Source: Auanema rhodensis (taxonomy: Eukaryota; Animalia; Nematoda). From it: a stretch of 64,000 bases of DNA. The position numbers and the translations under genes were made by a program. A model generated the notes under the pieces. That model was not told the DNA's origin, made no database searches, and was given only the letters and a program-made list of their open reading frames with translations. The DNA is taken from positions 2,170,001 through 2,234,000 of the forward strand of contig OZ059894.1 of assembly GCA_964057225.1 (NCBI GenBank), read 5' to 3'. How positions within the stretch are numbered: position 1 is the stretch's first letter; the number at the start of each line of letters is the position of its first letter. This document shows positions 1-9,815 of the stretch, piece after piece.

Positions 1-99
1 CGACGCAGCTTGAAAATCCGCATCGAATGCACTATACTACATTGAGGAACGCTTAATACAAAAATTAGTTATGATCGTTTGAAAAATGATGCGTTAGTG

Positions 100-129
100 T
101 ATGTTGAGTTTCCATGTACACTCAACATA
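100..129. other. Perfect 9-10-bp hairpin (T)ATGTTGAGT-N10-ACTCAACAT(A) (in most monomers)
   Basis: 101-109 is the exact reverse complement of 120-128. The stem extends to 10 bp in copies with A at pos 129. Confidence 0.9.
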
Positions 130-135
130 GCTTCC

Positions 136-201
136 AAAAACATTTTGACAAAAATTTTTTCGAAAAATTTCAGAATAATTTAGCAAAAAGTAGATGTTTT
201 T
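136..201. other. AT-rich nested palindromic core (TTTTTCGAAAAA centre; AAAAACAT/ATGTTTTT outer arms)
   Basis: 156-167 is a perfect 12-bp palindrome. 136-143 pairs with 194-201. ATTTTGA (142-148) pairs with TCAAAAT (170-176) in the majority allele. Confidence 0.8.
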
Positions 202-278
202 AGATTTCTTTTCTCAAGGCAAAGACGATGGACAATGTTATTCAACGAAAAAATTAATTCTTCAGGGTGAAAATCGAG

Positions 279-300
279 GATATAAGTGTGAACTTATATC
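279..300. other. Perfect 9-bp hairpin GATATAAGT-gtga-ACTTATATC (in most monomers)
   Basis: 279-287 is the exact reverse complement of 292-300, with a 4-nt loop GTGA. Confidence 0.9.
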
Positions 301-310
301 AGTTGATATC

Positions 311-377
311 TCGGTGCATTTTTAAGCTAGCGCAAATCTGATAACACAGATCGACGCAGCTTGAAAATCCGCATCGA
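311..377. other. Long imperfect inverted repeat spanning each monomer junction (present in essentially every copy)
   Basis: Left arm TCGGTGCATTTTTAAGCTAGCGCAAATCTG (311-340), loop ATAACA, right arm CAGATCGACGCAGCTTRAAAATCCGCATCGA (347-377). About 25 Watson-Crick pairs plus G-T, with a 3x3 internal loop and 1- and 2-nt bulges. Confidence 0.9.
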
Positions 378-3300
378 ATGCACTATACTACTTTGAGAAA
401 CGCTTAATACAAAAATTAGTTATGATCGTTTGAAAAATGATGCATTAGTGTATGTTGAGTTTCCATGTACACTCAACATAGCTTCCAAAAACATTTTGAC
501 AAAAATTTTTTCGAGAAATTTCAAAATAATTTAGCAAAAAGTAGATGTTTTTAGATTCCTTTTTTCAAGGCAAAGACGATGGACAATGTTATTCAACGAA
601 AAAATTAATTCTTCAGGGTGAAAATCGAGGATATAAGTGTGAATTTATATCAGTTGATATCTCGGTGCAATTTTAAGCTAGCGCAAATCTGATAACACAG
701 ATCGACGCAGCTTAAAAATCCGCATCGAATGCACTATACTACATTGGGGAACGCTTAATACAAAAATTAGTTATGATCGTTTGAAAAATGATGCATTAGT
801 GTATGTTGAGTTTCCATGTACACTCAACATAGCTTCCAAAAACATTTTGACAAAAATTTTTTCGAAAAATTTCAGAATAATTTAGCAAAAATTAGATGTT
901 TTTAGATTTCTTTTCTCAAGGCAAAGACGATGGACAATGTTATTCAACGAAAAAATTAATTCTTCAGGGTGAAAATCGAGGATATAAGTGTGAACTTATA
1001 TCAGTTGATATCTCGGTGCATTTTTAAGCTAGCGCAAATCTGATAACACAGATCGACGCAGCTTGAAAATCCGCATCGAATGCACTATACTACTTTGAGA
1101 AACGCTTAATACAAAAATACGTTATGATCGTTTGAAAAATGATGCATTAGTGTATGTTGAGTTTCCATGTACACTCAACATTGCTTCCAAAAACATTTTG
1201 ACAAAAATTTTTTCGAAAAATTTCAAAATAATTTAGCAAAAAGTAGATGTTTTTAGATTCCTTTTTTCAAGGCAAAGACGATGGACAATGTTATTCATCG
1301 AAAAAATTAATTCTTCAGGGTGAAAATCGAGGATATAAGTGTGAACTTATATCAGTTGATATCTCGGTGCATTTTTAAGCTAGCGCAAATCTGATAACAC
1401 AGATCGACGCAGCTTGAAAATCTGCATCGAATGCACTATACTACTTTGAGAAACGCTTGATACAAAAATACGTTATGATCGTTTGAAAAATGATGCATTA
1501 GTGTATGTTGAGTTTCCATGTACACTCAACATTGCTTCCAAAAACATTTTGACAAAAATTTTTTCGAAAAATTTCAAAATAATTTAGCAAAAAGTAGATG
1601 TTTTTAGATTCCTTTTTTCAAGGCAAAGACGATGGACAATGTTATTCAACGAAAAAATTAATTCTTCAGGGTGAAAATCGAGGATATAAGTGTGAACTTA
1701 TATCAGTTGATATCTCGGTGCATTTTTAAGCTAGCGCAAATCTGATAACACAGATCGACGCAGCTTGAAAATCCGCATCGAATGCACTATACTACTTTGA
1801 GAAACGCTTAATACAAAAATACGTTATGATCGTTTGAAAAATGATGCATTAGTGTATGTTGAGTTTCCATGTACACTCAACATTGCTTCCAAAAACATTT
1901 TGACAAAAATTTTTTCGAAAAATTTCAAAATAATTTACCAAAAGTAGGTGTTTTTAGATTCCTTTTTTCAAGGCAAAGACGATGGACTATGTTATTCAAC
2001 GAAAAAATTAATTCTTCAGGGTGAAAATCGAGGATATAAGTGTGAACTTATATCAGTTGATATCTCTTTGCATTTTTAAGTTAGCGCAAATCTGATAACA
2101 CAGATCGACGCAGCTTGAAAATCTGCATCGAATGCACTATACTACATTGAGGAACGCTTAATACAAAAATTAGTTATGATCGTTTGAAAAATGATGCATT
2201 AGTGTATGTTGAGTTTCCATGTACACTCAACATTGCTTCCAAAAACATTTTGACAAAAATTTTTTCGAAAAATTTCAAAATAATTTAGCAAAAAGTAGAT
2301 GTTTTTAGATTTCTTTTTTCAAGGCAAAGACGATGGACAATGTTATTCAACGAAAAAATTAATTCTTCAGGGTGAAAATCGAGGATATAAGTGTGAACTT
2401 ATATCAGTTGATATCTCGGTGCATTTTTAAGCTAGCGCAAATCTGATAACACAGATCGACGCAGCTTGAAAATCCGCATCGAATGCACTATACTACTTTG
2501 AGAAACGCTTAATACAAAAATCAGTTATGATCGTTTGAAAAATGATGCATTAGTGTATGTTGAGTTTCCATGTACACTCAACATTGCTTCCAAAAACATT
2601 TTGACAAAAATTTTTTCGAAAAATTTCAAAATAATTTAGCAAAAAGTAGATGTTTTTAGATTCCTTTTTTCAAGGCAAAGACGATGGACAATGTTATTCA
2701 ACGAAAAAATTAATTCTTCAGGGTGAAAATCGAGGATATATGTGTGAACTTATATCAGTTGATATCTCGGTGCATTTTTAAGCTAGCGCAAATCTGATAA
2801 CACAGATCGACGCAGCTTAAAAATCCGCATCGAATGCACTATACTACATTGAGAAACGCTTAATACAAAAATTAGTTATGATCGTTTGAAAAATGATGCA
2901 TTAGTGTATGTTGAGTTTCCATGTACACTCAACATTGCTTCCAAAAACATTTTGACAGAAATTTTTTCGAAAAATTTCAAAATAATTTAGCAAAAAGTAG
3001 ATGTTTTTAGATTCCTTTTTTCAAGGCAAAGACGATGGACAATGTTATTCAACGAAAAAATTAATTCTTCAGTGTGAAAATCGAGGATATAAGTGTGAAC
3101 TTATATCAGTTGATATCTCGGTGCATTTTTAAGCTAGCGCAAATCTGATAACACAGATCAACGCAGCTTGAAAATCCGCATCGAATGCACTATACTACTT
3201 TGAGAAACGCTTAATACAAAAATCAGTTATGATCGTTTGAAAAATGATGCATTAGTGTATGTTGAGTTTCCATGTACACTCAACATTGCTTCCAAAAACA

Positions 3301-4901
3301 TTTTGACAAAAATTTTTTCGAAAAATTTCAAAATAATTTAGCAAAAAGTAGATGTTTTTAGATTCCTTTTTTCAAGGCAAAGACGATGGACAATGTTATT
3401 CAACGAAAAAATTAATTCTTCAGGGTGAAAATCGAGGATATATGTGTGAACTTATATCAGTTGATATCTCGGTGCATTTTTAAGCTAGCGCAAATCTGAT
3501 AACACAGATCGACGCAGCTTAAAAATCCGCATCGAATGCACTATACTACATTGAGAAACGCTTAATACAAAAATTAGTTATGATCGTTTGAAAAATGATG
3601 CATTAGTGTATGTGGAGTTTCCATGTACACTCAACATTGCTTCCAAAAACATTTTGACAAAAATTTTTTCGAAAAATTTCAAAATAATTTAGCAAAAAGT
3701 AGATGTTTTTAGATTCCTTTTTTCAAGGCAAAGACGATGGACAATGTTATTCAACGAAAAAATTAATTCTTCAGGGTGAAAATCGAGGATATAAGTGTGA
3801 ACTTATATCAGTTGATATCTCGGTGCATTTTTAAGCTAGCGCAAATCTGATAACACAGATCGACGCAGCTTAAAAATCCGCATCGAATGCACTATACTAC
3901 ATTGAGGAACGCTTAATACAAAAATTAGTTATGATCGTTTGAAAAATAATGCATTAGTGTATGTTGAGTTTCCATTTACACTCAACATAGCTTCCAAAAA
4001 CATTTTGACAAAAAATTTCAAAATAATTTAGCAAAAAGTAGATGTTTTTAGATTCCTTTTTTCAAGGCAAAGACGATGGACAATGTTATTCAACGAAAAA
4101 ATTAATTCTTCAGGGTGAAAATCGAGGATATAAGTGTGAACTTATATCAGTTGATATCTCGGTGCATTTTTAAGCTAGCGCAAATCTGATAACACAGATC
4201 GACGCAGCTTGAAAATCCGCATCGAATGCACTATACTACTTTGAGAAACGCTTAATACAAAAATACGTTATGATCGTTTGAAAAATGATGCATTAGTGTA
4301 TGTTGAGTTTCCATGTACACTCAACATTGCTTCCAAAAACATTTTGACAGAAATTTTTTCGAAAAATTTCAAAATAATTTAGCAAAAAGTAGATGTTTTT
4401 AGATTCCTTTTTTCAAGGCAAAGACGATGGACAATGTTATTCAACGAAAAAATTAATTCTTCAGTGTGAAAATCGAGGATATAAGTGTGAACTTATATCA
4501 GTTGATATCTCGGTGCATTTTTAAGCTAGCGCAAATCTGATAACACAGATCGACGCAGCTTGAAAATCCGCATCGAATGCACTATACTACTTTGAGAAAC
4601 GCTTAATACAAAAATCAGTTATGATCGTTTGAAAAATGATGCATTAGTGTATGTTGAGTTTCCATGTACACTCAACATTGCTTCCAAAAACATTTTGACA
4701 AAAATTTTTTCGAAAAATTTCAAAATAATTTAGCAAAAAGTAGATGTTTTTAGATTCCTTTTTTCAAGGCAAAGACGATGGACAATGTTATTCAACGAAA
4801 AAATTAATTCTTCAGGGTGAAAATCGAGGATATATGTGTGAACTTATATCAGTTGATATCTCGGTGCATTTTTAAGCTAGCGCAAATCTGATAACACAGA
4901 T

Positions 4902-6305
4902 CGACGCAGCTTAAAAATCCGCATCGAATGCACTATACTACATTGAGAAACGCTTAATACAAAAATTAGTTATGATCGTTTGAAAAATGATGCATTAGTG
5001 TATGTTGAGTTTCCATGTACACTCAACATAGCTTCCAAAAACATTTTGACAAAAATTTTTTCGAAAAATTTCAAAATAATTTAGCAAAAAGTAGATGTTT
5101 TTAGATTCCTTTTTTCAAGGCAAAGACGATGGACAATGTTATTCAACGAAAAAATGAATTCTTCAGGGTGAAAATCGAGGATATAAGTGTGAACTTATAT
5201 CAGTTGATATCTCTTTGCATTTTTAAGCTAGCGCAAATCTGATAACACAGATCGACGCAGCTTGAAAATCTGCATCGAATGCACTATACTACATTGAGGA
5301 ACGCTTAATACAAAAATTAGTTATGATCGTTTGAAAAATGATGCATTAGTGTATGTTGAGTTTCCATGTACACTCAACATTGCTTCCAAAAACATTTTGA
5401 CAAAAATTTTTTCGAAAAATTTCAAAATAATTTAGCAAAAAGTAGATGTTTTTAGATTCCTTTTTTCAAGGCAAAGACGATGGACAATGTTATTCAACGA
5501 AAAAATTAATTCTTCAGGGTGAAAATCGAGGATATATGTGTGAACTTATATCAGTTGATATCTCGGTGCATTTTTAAGCTAGCGCAAATCTGATAACACA
5601 GATCGACGCAGCTTAAAAATCCGCATCGAATGCACTATACTACATTGAGAAACGCTTAATACAAAAATTAGTTATGATCGTTTGAAAAATGATGCATTAG
5701 TGTATGTTGAGTTTCCATGTACACTCAACATAGCTTCCAAAAACATTTTGACAAAAATTTTTTCGAAAAATTTCAAAATAATTTAGCAAAAAGTAGATGT
5801 TTTTAGATTCCTTTTTTCAAGGCAAAGACGATGGACAATGTTATTCAACGAAAAAATGAATTCTTCAGGGTGAAAATCGAGGATATAAGTGTGAACTTAT
5901 ATCAGTTGATATCTCTTTGCATTTTTAAGCTAGCGCAAATCTGATAACACAGATCGACGCAGCTTGAAAATCTGCATCGAATGCACTATACTACATTGAG
6001 GAACGCTTAATACAAAAATTAGTTATGATCGTTTGAAAAATGATGCATTAGTGTATGTTGAGTTTCCATGTACACTCAACATTGCTTCCAAAAACATTTT
6101 GACAAAAATTTTTTCGAAAAATTTCAAAATAATTTAGCAAAAAGTAGATGTTTTTAGATTTCTTTTTTTAAGGCAAAGACGATGGACAATGTTATTCAAC
6201 GAAAAAATTAATTCTTCAGGGTGAAAATCGAGGATATAAGTGTGAACTTATATCAGTTGATATCTCGGTGCATTTTTAAGCTAGCGCAAATCTGATAACA
6301 CAGAT
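4902..6305 (+). repeat. 2-mer higher-order repeat (702 bp) x2
   Basis: AAAATGAATT + CTCTTTGC + AATCTGC variants repeat at +702 (monomers 4902/5604 and 5253/5955). Confidence 0.8.
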
Positions 6306-7007
6306 CGACGCAGCTTGAAAATCCGCATCGAATGCACTATACTACTTTGAGAAACGCTTAATACAAAAATCAGTTATGATCGTTTGAAAAATGATGCATT
6401 AGTGTATGTTGAGTTTCCATGTACACTCAACATTGCTTCCAAAAACATTTTGACAAAAATTTTTTCGAAAAATTTCAAAATAATTTAGCAAAAAGTAGAT
6501 GTTTTTAGATTCCTTTTTTCAAGGCAAAGACGATGGACAATGTTATTCAACGAAAAAATTAATTCTTCAGGGTGAAAATCGAGGATATATGTGTGAACTT
6601 ATATCAGTTGATATCTCGGTGCATTTTTAAGCTAGCGCAAATCTGATAACACAGATCGACGCAGCTTAAAAATCCGCATCGAATGCACTATACTACATTG
6701 AGAAACGCTTAATACAAAAATTAGTTATGATCGTTTGAAAAATGATGCATTAGTGTATGTTGAGTTTCCATGTACAGTCAACATTGCTTCCAAAAACATT
6801 TTGACAGAAATTTTTTCGAAAAATTTCAAAATAATTTAGCAAAAAGTAGATGTTTTTAGATTCCTTTTTTCAAGGCAAAGACGATGGACAATGTTATTCA
6901 ACGAAAAAATTAATTCTTCAGTGTGAAAATCGAGGATATAAGTGTGAACTTATATCAGTTGATATCTCGGTGCATTTTTAAGCTAGCGCAAATCTGATAA
7001 CACAGAT

Positions 7008-9815
7008 CGACGCAGCTTGAAAATCCGCATCGAATGCACTATACTACTTTGAGAAACGCTTAATACAAAAATCAGTTATGATCGTTTGAAAAATGATGCA
7101 TTAGTGTATGTTGAGTTTCCATGTACACTCAACATTGCTTCCAAAAACATTTTGACAAAAATTTTTTCGAAAAATTTCAAAATAATTTAGCAAAAAGTAG
7201 ATGTTTTTAGATTCCTTTTTTCAAGGCAAAGACGATGGACAATGTTATTCAACGAAAAAATTAATTCTTCAGGGTGAAAATCGAGGATATAAGTGTGAAC
7301 TTATATCAGTTGATATCTCGGTGCATTTTTAAGCTAGCGCAAATCTGATAACACAGATCGACGCAGCTTAAAAATCCGCATCGAATGCACTATACTACAT
7401 TGAGGAACGCTTAATACAAAAATTAGTTATGATCGTTTGAAAAATGATGCATTAGTGTATGTTGAGTTTCCATGTACACTCAACATTGCTTCCAAACACA
7501 TTTTGACAAAAATTTTTTCGAAAAATTTCAGAATAATTTAGCAAAAAGTAGATGTTTTTAGATTCCTTTTTTCAAGGCAAAGACGATTGACAATGTTATT
7601 CAACGAAAAAATTAATTCTTCAGGGTGAAAATCGAGGATATAAGTGTGAACTTATATCAGTTGATATCTCGGTGCATTTTTAAGCTAGCGCAAATCTGAT
7701 AACACAGATCGACGCAGCTTAAAAATCCGCATCGAATGCACTATACTACATTGAGGAACGCTTAATACAAAAATTAGTTATGATTGTTTGAAAAATGATG
7801 CATTAGTGTATGTTGAGTTTCCATGTACACTCAACATTGCTTCCAAAAACATTTTGACAAAAATTTTTTCGAAAAATTTCAGAATAATTTAGCAAAAAGT
7901 AGATGTTTTTAGATTCCTTTTTTCAAGGCAAAGACGATTGACAATGTTATTCAACGAAAAAATTAATTCTTCAGGGTGAAAATCGAGGATATAAGTGTGA
8001 ACTTATATCAGTTGATATCTCGGTGCATTTTTAAGCTAGCGCAAATCTGATAACACAGATCGACGCAGCTTAAAAATCCGCAACGAATGCACTATACTAC
8101 ATTGAGGAACGCTTAATACAAAAATTAGTTATGATCGTTTGAAAAATGATGCATTAGTGTATGTTGAGTTTCCATGTACACTCAACATTGCTTCCAAACA
8201 CATTTTGACAAAAATTTTTTCGAAAAATTTCAGAATAATTTAGCAAAAAGTAGATGTTTTTAGATTCCTTTTTTCAAGGCAAAGACGATGGACAATGTTA
8301 TTCAACGAAAAAATTAATTCTTCAGTGTGAAAATCGAGGATATAAGTGTGAACTTATATCAGTTGATATCTCGGTGCATTTTTAAGCTAGCGCAAATCTG
8401 ATAACACAGATCGACGCAGCTTGAAAATCCGCATCGAATGCACTATACTACTTTGAGAAACGCTTAATACAAAAATCAGTTATGATCGTTTGAAAAATGA
8501 TGCATTAGTGTATGTTGAGTTTCCATGTACACTCAACATTGCTTCCAAAAACATTTTGACAAAAATTTTTTCGAAAAATTTCAAAATAATTTAGCAAAAA
8601 GTAGATGTTTTTAGATTCCTTTTTTCAAGGCAAAGACGATGGACAATGTTATTCAACGAAAAAATTAATTCTTCAGGGTGAAAATCGAGGATATAAGTGT
8701 GAACTTATATCAGTTGATATCTCGGTGCATTTTTAAGCTAGCGCAAATCTGATAACACAGATCGACGCAGCTTAAAAATCCGCATCGAATGCACTATACT
8801 ACATTGAGGAACGCTTAATACAAAAATTAGTTATGATCGTTTGAAAAATGATGCATTAGTGTATGTTGAGTTTCCATGTACACTCAACATTGCTTCCAAA
8901 CACATTTTGACAAAAATTTTTTCGAAAAATTTCAGAATAATTTAGCAAAAAGTAGATGTTTTTAGATTCCTTTTTTCAAGGCAAAGACGATTGACAATGT
9001 TATTCAACGAAAAAATTAATTCTTCAGGGTGAAAATCGAGGATATAAGTGTGAACTTATATCAGTTGATATCTCGGTGCATTTTTAAGCTAGCGCAAATC
9101 TGATAACACAGATCGACGCAGCTTAAAAATCCGCATCGAATGCACTATACTACATTGAGGAACGCTTAATACAAAAATTAGTTATGATTGTTTGAAAAAT
9201 GATGCATTAGTGTATGTTGAGTTTCCATGTACACTCAACATTGCTTCCAAAAACATTTTGACAAAAATTTTTTCGAAAAATTTCAGAATAATTTAGCAAA
9301 AAGTAGATGTTTTTAGATTCCTTTTTTCAAGGCAAAGACGATTGACAATGTTATTCAACGAAAAAATTAATTCTTCAGGGTGAAAATCGAGGATATAAGT
9401 GTGAACTTATATCAGTTGATATCTCGGTGCATTTTTAAGCTAGCGCAAATCTGATAACACAGATCGACGCAGCTTAAAAATCCGCAACGAATGCACTATA
9501 CTACATTGAGGAACGCTTAATACAAAAATTAGTTATGATCGTTTGAAAAATGATGCATTAGTGTATGTTGAGTTTCCATGTACACTCAACATTGCTTCCA
9601 AACACATTTTGACAAAAATTTTTTCGAAAAATTTCAGAATAATTTAGCAAAAAGTAGATGTTTTTAGATTCCTTTTTTCAAGGCAAAGACGATGGACAAT
9701 GTTATTCAACGAAAAAATTAATTCTTCAGTGTGAAAATCGAGGATATAAGTGTGAACTTATATCAGTTGATATCTCGGTGCATTTTTAAGCTAGCGCAAA
9801 TCTGATAACACAGAT
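7008..9815 (+). repeat. 4-mer higher-order repeat (1404 bp) x2
   Basis: The ordered variants AATCAGTT / AAACACAT+GATTGAC / GATTGTT / GCAACG+CAGTGTG recur exactly 1404 bp later. Confidence 0.88.

Larger units (their letters stand above)
1..351 (+). repeat. Reference monomer (351 bp, ~32% GC, many A/T tracts, 12 CpG)
   Basis: Read directly. About 112 G+C per 351 bp in the consensus. The consensus monomer carries one NheI site (GCTAGC), one EcoRV site (GATATC) and one BstBI site (TTCGAA). Confidence 0.97.

Noticed and set aside
158-174. CENP-B box
   Set aside because: It matches only the TTCG-N4-A part, and the required CGGG is missing.
200-275. Hammerhead ribozyme (known in some newt, schistosome and cave-cricket satellites): the minus strand has CTGAAGA (265-259) and a later GAAA
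   Set aside because: I could not build stems I-III around the core. The + strand CTGATAA (338-344) lacks the conserved G8. An Infernal/Rfam scan would settle it.
279-323. Bacterial intrinsic terminator or promoter calls
   Set aside because: There is no gene context and the stem is AT-rich. The array is not prokaryote-like.
279-330. Helitron 3' end (hairpin followed by CTAG)
   Set aside because: The hairpin is AT-rich and too far from the CTAG at 327-330. No element boundary or flank is available in the window.
1-351. Period divisible by 3 (117 codons), suggesting a giant repetitive ORF
   Set aside because: Near-invariant stops occur in all six frames within the first ~70 bp: + strand at 11, 43 and 54; - strand at 32, 37 and 69.
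1-351. Assignment to a named satellite family (e.g. Drosophila 359-bp/1.688, or tenebrionid ~340-360-bp satellites)
   Set aside because: Only length and AT content are similar. I do not recognise sequence identity and cannot run a search.
328-380. Pol III A/B boxes or tRNA/SINE origin
   Set aside because: Only degenerate partial matches occur, on opposite strands, and there is no cloverleaf.
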